Below are positions 30,096 to 38,649 of a stretch of DNA of 48,370 bases, piece by piece; position 1 is the first letter of the stretch; every line of letters begins with the position of its first letter. The translations under genes were made by a program, and so were the position numbers. Below the pieces are notes generated by a model that did no database searches, had not been told where the DNA came from, and saw only the letters and a list, made by a program, of their open reading frames with translations. The DNA lies in assembly GCA_902803475.1 (NCBI GenBank), contig CADCPZ010000211.1:1-48370 (forward strand), in the 5' to 3' direction. The stretch is from an uncultured Prevotellaceae bacterium (GTDB lineage Bacteria; Bacteroidota; Bacteroidia; Bacteroidales; Bacteroidaceae).

Positions 30096-31316
30096 TTACA
30101 GATTCTTTACAATCAGCGTAGAGTTTGTTCCGCCAAATCCGAAGGAATTGGAAAGGAACATGTTGAATTGCGTCTCCTTGGTTTCAGGAATTACATTCAA
30201 ACAAGCGGTTTCGTCATCTGGGTTCTCGAAATTGATATTTCCTGCAATAAAACCATGCTTCATCATCAATAATGAGTAGATTAGTTCGCTAGCTCCTGCC
30301 ATCCACATCTCATGACCTGTTTGACTCTTAGTTGATGTAACCGGCACTTTGTAGTCGCCAAACACCTGAGAAATAGCCAATGCTTCACGACCGTCTCCAG
30401 CTTTTGTGGAAGTAGCATGAGCGTTGATATAACCAATTTCCTTCAGATCAACACCACTGTTCTTTAAACACAATTCCAATGAACGTGCCGGTCCTGCAAC
30501 ATTAGGCGTAGAAATATGGTCTCCGTTGCCAGAAAAGCCCCAGCCAACAATTTCTGCCAAGATGGGAGCACCACGCTTTACAGCATGTTCGTAGCTTTCA
30601 ATAACAACTGTTGCTGCACCACCACCAGGAATCAATCCGTCGCGATCGCGGTCGAATGGACGACATGCTTTGGTAGGTTCATCTTCCCGAACAGAGAATG
30701 CCTGGATGCCATCGAAAGAGGCAACACTGTACATATTGGCTTCCTGCGCACCACCACAGATGATACAATCCTGTAAACCATTGCGGATAAGCAACGAACC
30801 AAGACCGATAGCTTGAGAACTGGATGCACATGCTGCTGATGCAGTCAGATTGATACCTTTCAGACGAAACAGACATGCAAGATTCATAGTCACAGTAGAG
30901 TTCATTGACTGGAATATAGCGCCACTACCACAAGCGGCAGTATCGCCGAACTCACGAAACTTATCTAATGCATTCATCGTGGCTTCAGCTACGGAGTCAT
31001 TGCCGTAGATGATACCAACTTCGTGTTCATCAATATACTCCTGTGAAAGCTGTGCATGTTCCAAAGCTGCACGTGTGGCCATATAAGCATATTGTGCTTC
31101 TTCAGGCATAAACTGGCGGAGATTTCTTTTGATAAAAGGTTTTAAATCAGGTGTTTCAACATTTGCACACAAAGCAGAACGGAAACCTGCGTCTTTGCGC
31201 TCCTGACTAAATATAATTCCACTTTTTCCTGAATATAAGGACTGGCGGACTTCATCAAGTGTTTTTCCAAGACAGGACCAAATGCCCATGCCTGTAATGA
31301 CAACTCTTCTTTCCAT
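30096..31316 (-). CDS. Beta-ketoacyl-ACP synthase (FabB/FabF-like)
   Basis: Catalytic ACASS, NAHATST, GHEMWMAG, SNSFGFGGTN. Confidence 0.93.
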   Translation of the reverse strand: MERRVVITGMGIWSCLGKTLDEVRQSLYSGKSGIIFSQERKDAGFRSALCANVETPDLKPFIKRNLRQFMPEEAQYAYMATRAALEHAQLSQEYIDEHEVGIIYGNDSVAEATMNALDKFREFGDTAACGSGAIFQSMNSTVTMNLACLFRLKGINLTASAACASSSQAIGLGSLLIRNGLQDCIICGGAQEANMYSVASFDGIQAFSVREDEPTKACRPFDRDRDGLIPGGGAATVVIESYEHAVKRGAPILAEIVGWGFSGNGDHISTPNVAGPARSLELCLKNSGVDLKEIGYINAHATSTKAGDGREALAISQVFGDYKVPVTSTKSQTGHEMWMAGASELIYSLLMMKHGFIAGNINFENPDDETACLNVIPETKETQFNMFLSNSFGFGGTNSTLIVKNL

Positions 31317-31325
31317 TTTTATTGT

Positions 31326-32456
31326 TTATATTTTCTTTTTATAACATCTTCTTCTCTTGACAAAGGTGGGATTAAGCACCTTCCATTGTGACAGTTCGCG
31401 AACGTTGTCTTCTAACTGCGGACCTGTTTCTGCCCATTTGAACTTATATTGATTATAGACAGGAATCAGATGGTCGAAGAATATCGCATTAACGCCCATA
31501 CCTTGACAGTCGGGACGAACGGCAATCAGCAACATCTCCACAGTATCTTCACGTTTCCATTTTATAGCACGCAGTAGATGGAACCAACCTAAGGGGAACA
31601 GTCGTCCCTTGGATTTACGCATCGCATTCGAGATACTCGACATCGTGACAGCAGTACCGATCAATTCACCCTTCTCATTCTCTATCACCGGCATCAACTT
31701 CTTGTCAATCACCGTAATATATTTCTTTACACAAGCATCTATCTGTTTCGGTGAAAGGGCTGAGAAACCGAATAGGGGAGAGTAGGCTTCGTTAAGAAGA
31801 TTAAATATTTTTCTGCCGTAGCCATTTTTAATCTCTTTGTCTGTCAATATTCTGACATGCAAGCCAAGCATATCTTTTGCCAACTTAGACACACGTACAT
31901 ATCTAGGAGGTGTCTGTTCTGGGACAGCAACTCTGATTTGAACCCAGTCAACTTCTTTTTCATAACCTAACTTCTCCATATGTTGTGGATAGTAGGCATA
32001 ATTATAATATGTGCTGATGGAACTAATCTTGTCAAAATCCTCAACAAGCATACCTTCTTTATCAAAGTCAGTAATACCCATCGGACCGATGATTTGTTCC
32101 ATTCCTTGTTCCTTGCCCCATTTGACAACAGTATCAAGTAGGGCAGAGGACACCTCCTGGTCGTCTATAAAGTCAAAGAAACCAAATCGTACATTTTTAG
32201 TTTTCCAAGTCTCGTTAGCACGACGGTTTATAATACCTGCGATACGACCAACAACTATTCCGTCCTTGTAGGCGACAAATGACTGGATTGTGGAAAACTC
32301 CAAACCGGCATTTTTGTTCGGATCGAACGTCTCACGAACCTCAGTTTCCATATCAGGTACGTATTCTGTACAACCAGCATACAATGTTTCAGGAAATTTC
32401 ACAAAATCGTTCATTTCCTGTTTGGTTGAAACTTTTCTAATAACTACCGCACTCAT
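31326..32456 (-). CDS. GNAT-fold acyltransferase, YghO/bacterial ceramide synthase-like family
   Basis: FVKFP..LY....YVP, GRIAGIIN, VRFGFFDFIDD, GPMG.TD.DKEGMLVE.FD, YNY.YYP, GRLFPLGWFHLL, LEDN. Confidence 0.75.
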   Translation of the reverse strand: MSAVVIRKVSTKQEMNDFVKFPETLYAGCTEYVPDMETEVRETFDPNKNAGLEFSTIQSFVAYKDGIVVGRIAGIINRRANETWKTKNVRFGFFDFIDDQEVSSALLDTVVKWGKEQGMEQIIGPMGITDFDKEGMLVEDFDKISSISTYYNYAYYPQHMEKLGYEKEVDWVQIRVAVPEQTPPRYVRVSKLAKDMLGLHVRILTDKEIKNGYGRKIFNLLNEAYSPLFGFSALSPKQIDACVKKYITVIDKKLMPVIENEKGELIGTAVTMSSISNAMRKSKGRLFPLGWFHLLRAIKWKREDTVEMLLIAVRPDCQGMGVNAIFFDHLIPVYNQYKFKWAETGPQLEDNVRELSQWKVLNPTFVKRRRCYKKKI

Positions 32457-32498
32457 GAATGGTATTAAAATATGTACTGAGGTTGTATTTATTTTGAG

Positions 32499-32537
32499 CA
32501 GAAATCCCGACTCTCCACTTAGAAAATCGGGATTCTG
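32499..32537 (-). terminator. Hairpin after rpmA (weak U-tract)
   Basis: CAGAAATCCCGA / TCGGGATTCTG stem with one bulge. Confidence 0.5.
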
Positions 32538-32569
32538 TTGTTTGTTTGGAATAAGTTTTAATAATTTTT

Positions 32570-32827
32570 CTAAGCTTCGGGGATAACATTCACCGTACTC
32601 TTGTTGAACTTACCTTTGTGGAATTCAACTGTTCCGTCAACAAGTGCATACAAAGTGTCATCCTTGCCAATTCCTACATTACGACCAGGATTGTGCTTTG
32701 TACCACGTTGACGTACGATGATATTTCCTGCAATCACTTTCTGACCACCAAAAATCTTGATACCCAGTCTTTGTGAAGCAGACTCGCGACCGTTCTTAGA
32801 ACTACCAACACCTTTCTTATGTGCCAT
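32570..32827 (-). CDS. rpmA: 50S ribosomal protein L27
   Basis: [24 protein letters not shown]. Confidence 0.98.
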   Translation of the reverse strand: MAHKKGVGSSKNGRESASQRLGIKIFGGQKVIAGNIIVRQRGTKHNPGRNVGIGKDDTLYALVDGTVEFHKGKFNKSTVNVIPEA

Positions 32828-32845
32828 TTCTTGTTCCTCCTTACT

Positions 32846-33163
32846 TTAAGCGATTACTGATTTAACTTCAATCTGAGAATACTGCTGGCGGTGTCCGTTC
32901 TTCACGCGATAGCCCTTACGACGCTTCTTCTTGAAAACGATAACTTTGTCACCTTTTACCAGCGGAGTAATGATCTCAGCTACTACCTTTGCACCTTCAA
33001 CGGTAGGTGCTCCAACCGTGATTGCACCGTTATTGTCAACGAGCAATACCTTCTCAAACTCAACAGTCTTGCCTTCTTCGGCGTCTTTAATATGGTTGAC
33101 ATAGAGTTTTGCGCCCTGTTCAACCTTGAACTGTTGACCGTTAATTTCTACAATTGCGTACAT
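32846..33163 (-). CDS. rplU: 50S ribosomal protein L21
   Basis: [29 protein letters not shown]. Confidence 0.98.
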   Translation of the reverse strand: MYAIVEINGQQFKVEQGAKLYVNHIKDAEEGKTVEFEKVLLVDNNGAITVGAPTVEGAKVVAEIITPLVKGDKVIVFKKKRRKGYRVKNGHRQQYSQIEVKSVIA

Positions 33164-33506
33164 TAAATATTATATAGTAAATTACGGTTTCTGTCAGGCG
33201 TCCAGCATCGTGCCAGTCCTTTCTTGAGCCTAAGCAGACTAAAATCGGGCGCAAAGTTACACATTTTCTCCAAAATATTAACTATTTATAGATTACTCTT
33301 TGCTATTCTTTAACAGAATTTAACCCAATATACGTCTCAATACCTTAATATTGTCAATTAATATAATGGTTTGAATATATATATATATGTTGTAAAATCT
33401 TAAAATTAAAACATTATTTATATCAGACCTGAATCCAAAATTTTCTTCACATTATATATTAAAATATAAAACACACAAAAGCACAATAACTTTTAAAGCA
33501 AATATA

Positions 33507-33593
33507 ACAAAAAAGCGATGACCTTCGCAGGCGATCGCTCCAATCTTCAATAGGTATTAGTTCTTTAAGGTAAAAAGATTGTTTTCAGGATAA
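33507..33593 (-). ncRNA. Candidate ~85-nt small RNA
   Basis: Consensus promoter upstream. Ends in AGCGATCGCCT-GCGA-AGGTCATCGCT followed by TTTTTTGTT. No ATG-initiated ORF inside. Confidence 0.65.
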
Positions 33594-33598
33594 CGATG

Positions 33599-33629
33599 CA
33601 AAGGTAATGTATCTTTTTATTACTGCAAA
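33599..33629 (-). promoter_or_regulatory. sigma-A promoter of the candidate sRNA
   Basis: Minus strand TTTG (33629-33626), 19-nt spacer, TACCTTTG (33606-33599). Confidence 0.7.
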
Positions 33630-33769
33630 ATTTTTCTGTGCTTTTTTATTAAAAAAAAATTGTGTTCCCACACAAATTGTATATAAATCTGAATAATAGG
33701 TATTATGATAAATAGATTATCAAATTTAGTGTTAAGAGATTGTGTAGAGAAAGATTAGATAATATGAAT

Positions 33770-36040
33770 TTATTGATATTCAGGTAAGACTAAGTCTTTC
33801 TGTCTTTCTTTAGGGAAAACATTAATATCAACAATTTGTCCGTCACGTAAAGATGCTTCAATGGTAGTGTTTCGTGAAGCGTGTAATTTAAAGTGTACGT
33901 TCCATTCTTTCGGCCATGATGGAAACAAAAGGATTTTATTATCAACTTCTTGTAACAACATTTCTTGCATACCAATGATTCCTGAGCCTCCCCAATTATG
34001 ATCGGGTGTCCAATCATGACCAGGTCCCCAGAATGCGGGAAAACGATGTGGACCGTTGCTAAGTTTCTTCAGTGTTAAAGATTTCGCTTCATCTGTTAAT
34101 CCCAAACATGCAGCCCAGATATTATGCTGCTCCCAACTTATATGTCCATAAAATTTCTTCACATAAGGATCATAATTCCATGTATCAAGTGCTAATGGTA
34201 AAGAATCACGTCCGATACCAAACAGTCGCCAGGGCCATATGGGATAAAGCATCGGTGATTCGGTATTATTGACACGCTCCCAATGAGTAGCTGGTGCAAA
34301 AATTTGATGCCCATCGATGATACGAGTTGGAATATCAGGAATAGTATTGAGAATTTTCGTATATTTATATATATCAATACTATCAGCCCCATGAGAGGAT
34401 AAATATGTAATAAGTGACGATGTTACACAACGTAATGCGGCTATTGTTGACGTACTATTATATGCCATTTTAAATGTTTCACATGCTGAACCCGGATAAA
34501 GAATCAACTTACCGTCTCCATCGAATTCTTTACGACCACGAAGTCTAGAAAGCAAACGATAGTGCTGATCAAAAAAGTCAATGCATGATTTCACCAACGG
34601 TATGTATTCATCAGCTTTATAATTTGCATCATAACGTTCCATTTCCAATGCCATCTGACAAAATTCCAATGCAGTATCCCATGTGTATTCCAGCCAAGCA
34701 TTCCACTCTATGCCTGCATCGAACCATGCCGGATGTTTGCGTCCGTATTCATCGTGGTTTGGAAGTCCGAAATTCTCCATCTGTTCAGTAAAGCACGCAC
34801 CTTCGTGGTTCCAGTATGTTTTCGTTCGTAACTCAGCATTTCCAAGCAAACGACGATAGAAATCCAATTGAACCTTTAGCGCATCATAGTCACCGCTTTT
34901 TAGCATTGGCCAATATACAAGTCGTTGATTCTGAGCGGTAAAAGTACCGCCACCCCATCGTCGGTAATCTGGGGTAAACGCCTGTGCTGTATCTACTCGC
35001 GAAGGGTCAAAAGTAAACAAGCCACCATTAAACTTTGTAGGCCATTGACCTTTGACATTACAGCCAAGCATATAACGGAAAAGCATATAGTTACGAGTAA
35101 CCTCCTCACAGTCACCATCGCCATAAACGAATGAGCGTTGCCACCATTGGTTCCACCATTGTCTTGATTTTTTACGATCAGCACTACTGTTTATCTGTCG
35201 GGTTGTGCGATTGATGGCTTCATTCCATTCTTCAAGACTACCGTTTATTGTAGCCATCGTTAAAATAAGTTCGTGTTTCTTGGCCACTTCCCTACTCTTC
35301 AGCCACCAACCTTGATAGTCTGTATGATCGTAGCTTCCTACATAATTATCAACATAGACAAAACCTGTTCCGGAGAGTCTTCCACCAAATATTAAATGTT
35401 GGAGCGGATTGTATAGTTGATCTTTGACAACATCAATTTTTTGCTCACATACTGTAGCATCGAATATTGTAGAATCTGGATTCTGGTGGTAGAAAGAAAC
35501 CGAGTTGCCTGATGCAGTTATCACATCCTTTCGAGTGAGTGTTCCTGCCGGTGCACCAAACTTATATGAACATTGAAAACTTTCTCTTTTTGTCATCTCA
35601 CGGTCTCGGTATCTCCACGATTCGTAAGTAGCTAAGACACCTACTGGCTTTTTTCCTTCGACATCAATATGTACGACAGGTTTATTGACATCTGCCCATA
35701 TCTGTATTGTTTTCTGACCGTCAGAAATCTCTACATACCCATCGTGCAGACAAAGTCGTTGCATAAATAGCGCTGTAGTATCAAGCGCTGGTGATAACTG
35801 TAGGCGGATACGCCCAAGTTTCAACATCGTATTATTTTCGTCAAAGGTTCCGCTACGACTGATATATAATAAGATATCTCCGTTTTCTACCCACACATTC
35901 ATCCCCACGTCACCGCCACCACAAGGCATCGACTCACCACTGTGATGACTGGGTGATGTCCATACATAATCTCTGGGCTGTGCTGCCGAATGTAGGCAAA
36001 CAGCCATCAAGATAAGAATGAATAATATAGGTTGTTTCAT
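33770..36040 (-). CDS. DUF5703-type glycoside hydrolase-like protein (GH95-like architecture)
   Basis: Signal peptide; SMPCGGGDVGMNVW, KFNGGLFT, WGGGTFTAQNQRLVYWPM, QEMLLQ...ILLFPSWPKEW. Confidence 0.7.
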   Translation of the reverse strand: MKQPILFILILMAVCLHSAAQPRDYVWTSPSHHSGESMPCGGGDVGMNVWVENGDILLYISRSGTFDENNTMLKLGRIRLQLSPALDTTALFMQRLCLHDGYVEISDGQKTIQIWADVNKPVVHIDVEGKKPVGVLATYESWRYRDREMTKRESFQCSYKFGAPAGTLTRKDVITASGNSVSFYHQNPDSTIFDATVCEQKIDVVKDQLYNPLQHLIFGGRLSGTGFVYVDNYVGSYDHTDYQGWWLKSREVAKKHELILTMATINGSLEEWNEAINRTTRQINSSADRKKSRQWWNQWWQRSFVYGDGDCEEVTRNYMLFRYMLGCNVKGQWPTKFNGGLFTFDPSRVDTAQAFTPDYRRWGGGTFTAQNQRLVYWPMLKSGDYDALKVQLDFYRRLLGNAELRTKTYWNHEGACFTEQMENFGLPNHDEYGRKHPAWFDAGIEWNAWLEYTWDTALEFCQMALEMERYDANYKADEYIPLVKSCIDFFDQHYRLLSRLRGRKEFDGDGKLILYPGSACETFKMAYNSTSTIAALRCVTSSLITYLSSHGADSIDIYKYTKILNTIPDIPTRIIDGHQIFAPATHWERVNNTESPMLYPIWPWRLFGIGRDSLPLALDTWNYDPYVKKFYGHISWEQHNIWAACLGLTDEAKSLTLKKLSNGPHRFPAFWGPGHDWTPDHNWGGSGIIGMQEMLLQEVDNKILLFPSWPKEWNVHFKLHASRNTTIEASLRDGQIVDINVFPKERQKDLVLPEYQ

Positions 36041-36110
36041 GCGACAATTAATGCCTTTTTTATATCGTTATTCCGATTTCTCAATTCCGTTTGCAAGTTA
36101 AAAACTGCTA

Positions 36111-37505
36111 TTAGTCCTTTACAACTGGGATTCCGTTGACGTATAACCCTTTCACATCAACACGAGCAGCCTTTCCTTCTATGCGCATCGCTTTCTGGCT
36201 GACACCATTCAGCTTGCTGTTTCGGAAATGAATATCATATACGTTTTCCTCATCGTCAAGACCAATAATGAAAATACCGTATTTACTGTTTTCGCAGCTA
36301 AAACGCTCCAGCCAAACATTGCGTACCGTTGGGTTGTATCCTCTTCCGAATTTCTCTTTCGGGTCGTAGTTCAAGTTGATTTTTAAAACGCATTCTCCAC
36401 ACTTTCCAACTTTGATGTCGCGTGCAAATATGTTCTCGATGATGCCTCCACGACAGGAGTTTGTCTTGATACGGATTACACGGTCAAGATGTTCACTATC
36501 CATTTGACAATCGTGAATATATACATTGCGTGCACCTCCACTAATCTCACTTCCGAGAACTACACCACCGTGACCATCTTCCATCTGACAGTTTCTGACA
36601 ATAATGTTTTCAGAGATACATTCCGGTTTTCGCCCATCGACATTTCTTCCAGCTTTAATTGCAATACAGTCGTCGCCTGTATGAAATTTACATCCTTCAA
36701 TCAGTACATCAGAACAGGATTCCGGATCGCAACCGTCGCCATTGGGCCCTTCATTCCAAACCGTTACGTTCCTTATCGTCAGATTCTTACACATTAGAGG
36801 GTGCAAAACCCAAAATGGTGAGCGCAACAGCGTGACACCTTCAACAAGAACATTTTCACAAAGGTATAGATTGATGAGTTGCGGACGAAGCCCTTGCCCC
36901 AGACCATAACGGCGCTGATCAACGGGGACATTCTCGCTACATTGTTTCAAAAGACGGTCGCGACTGCCACCACGCTGAGTCTCCAAACCTTCTTTCCATC
37001 CCCAACCTTCATAGCCGGTCATGCTCCACCAAGTATCCTGAGAGCCGTTACCATCAATGATTCCTTTACCTGTAATAGCAACATTTTTGCAATCGTATGC
37101 ATAGATCAACGGCTGATAGTTCCAACAGTCAACCCCTTCCCAGCGTGTTTTAACCAACGGATATAACTTTGTGTCATAAGCAAAAAGCAAGGTTGCTTCC
37201 TCGCTCACCACTAAGTTTACATTCGATAGCAGACGGATTCCACCAGTAATCCATTTTCCTTGTGGAACAACAACACGTCCTCCGCCTGCTTTATTGCAAG
37301 CGAGAATGGCATTATTAATCGCCTTCTGATTATCGGCAGCGTTTCCGTATGCAGTCGCGCCATAGTCAGTTATCAAGAACTCTCTGTCTGGGAAAACTGG
37401 AGCAACAATGCGTTTCTCAATTTTCTTATAGGCTTTCCATCTGTTTTTGGCATTTGCTGATAAAGAAAGTGTTAAACACAAAAGTGTTATGATGAGTTTA
37501 GTCAT
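36111..37505 (-). CDS. GH28 polygalacturonase-family hydrolase
   Basis: NGDGCDP, GDDCIAIK, GHGG, RIKT. Confidence 0.93.
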   Translation of the reverse strand: MTKLIITLLCLTLSLSANAKNRWKAYKKIEKRIVAPVFPDREFLITDYGATAYGNAADNQKAINNAILACNKAGGGRVVVPQGKWITGGIRLLSNVNLVVSEEATLLFAYDTKLYPLVKTRWEGVDCWNYQPLIYAYDCKNVAITGKGIIDGNGSQDTWWSMTGYEGWGWKEGLETQRGGSRDRLLKQCSENVPVDQRRYGLGQGLRPQLINLYLCENVLVEGVTLLRSPFWVLHPLMCKNLTIRNVTVWNEGPNGDGCDPESCSDVLIEGCKFHTGDDCIAIKAGRNVDGRKPECISENIIVRNCQMEDGHGGVVLGSEISGGARNVYIHDCQMDSEHLDRVIRIKTNSCRGGIIENIFARDIKVGKCGECVLKINLNYDPKEKFGRGYNPTVRNVWLERFSCENSKYGIFIIGLDDEENVYDIHFRNSKLNGVSQKAMRIEGKAARVDVKGLYVNGIPVVKD

Positions 37506-37577
37506 AGTGCTATATATAAGAAAATTGTGTGATTTAGATACAGAAATAAGGATGGAGTATATTATGAAGGGAATATA

Positions 37578-38138
37578 TTATCCAACTTCCTGTCGAAGTC
37601 TCAGCATACCACGATGTACCAAATTCCTTACACTATGGTAGTTCATGTGCATCAACTCACAGATTTCATCATACTTTCGTTCCTCGATAAAATACAACTG
37701 GAATGCTTTCCGTTGACGTGGTGTCAGTGAATTCAATAAATAATTCACATGATTATGTCTTCGACGAATTGATTCTTGATGCAGATATTCATGTTCGACA
37801 TCATTGGCTGTGCGGTCGAAATAAACTTCTTCCACTGGCGTTTCAATTGTAAATGTGTTGCGACGAAACTCATCGACCAACCTGTTACGAAGTGAAATAA
37901 TCAGGTATGAACTGATACGTTTAACATCACAGGATGCATGTTTATCCATCAATTTAACAAAAACGTCGTGCACGCAGTCTTTAATCAGTTCAGTATTGGT
38001 GGTCAAACAATGTCCGTAATTCAACATCATATCAATATACATATTATATAATGATGCAAAAGCAGACGGTTTACCATCATGAAAATCTTCTAAAAGTTTA
38101 CGAGCTTTTTCGTCTTTTAAGTTAACTTCAGTATCCAT
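37578..38138 (-). CDS. ECF sigma-70 factor
   Basis: Region 2 (DCVHDVFVKL, YLIISLRN) and region 4 (LTPRQRKAF.L.F.E...YDEI..LM.MN..SVRNLVHRG). Confidence 0.9.
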   Translation of the reverse strand: MDTEVNLKDEKARKLLEDFHDGKPSAFASLYNMYIDMMLNYGHCLTTNTELIKDCVHDVFVKLMDKHASCDVKRISSYLIISLRNRLVDEFRRNTFTIETPVEEVYFDRTANDVEHEYLHQESIRRRHNHVNYLLNSLTPRQRKAFQLYFIEERKYDEICELMHMNYHSVRNLVHRGMLRLRQEVG

Positions 38139-38258
38139 AAGGTAGATAAGTTGTAGTTGAAGGTTCGTTGCAAAGATAGATATTTTATTGAAACCAACTA
38201 CAAAAAACAAAAAAATTAATGCCAAATTAAAGTTTTTTTAGCATCTATAAGGTGTTTT

Positions 38259-38495
38259 TTAAACACTTAAAGTTGTTTTTATACGTCTTTTCAGATTTTC
38301 TATCTCTTCCCGAGTTAGGAAATCGCTGGGTGTATCTAGGTGTTGGAGGATATATTTTGCCTGATCAATGGCAGGCTGACATTGTGGATGTTCCTTCGCA
38401 AAAGAATCCCAATATATTTGTTGCTCACAATCGGATTCTAACACATAGCGTAAGAAGTCTGTATTCTCCAACAACCACGAAACCCCAATGTTCAT
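38259..38495 (-). CDS. Small protein resembling the N-terminal domain of Bacteroidetes FecR-type anti-sigma factors
   Basis: LLENTDFLRYVL.....YW......HP.....I.QAK.IL pattern; no TM helix. Start could alternatively be 38513. Confidence 0.6.
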   Translation of the reverse strand: MNIGVSWLLENTDFLRYVLESDCEQQIYWDSFAKEHPQCQPAIDQAKYILQHLDTPSDFLTREEIENLKRRIKTTLSV

Positions 38496-38510
38496 TGTTT
38501 TAGCAATGCT

Positions 38511-38556
38511 CATGCCGACTCGCTGTCTTTTTTCTTTAGACGAACGAGTCGGCATG
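38511..38556. promoter_or_regulatory. Strong hairpin upstream of the small protein
   Basis: Perfect 12-bp stem CATGCCGACTCG / CGAGTCGGCATG with an inner GTCT/AGAC stem. Confidence 0.55.
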
Positions 38557-38649
38557 ATGTCACCCTTATCCTTTTAAAAAAAATAAGTTTTTATTGATTC
38601 GGTCAATAATCAGTTAAAATATATCTTAAAAAGAACAATATACTACGTG

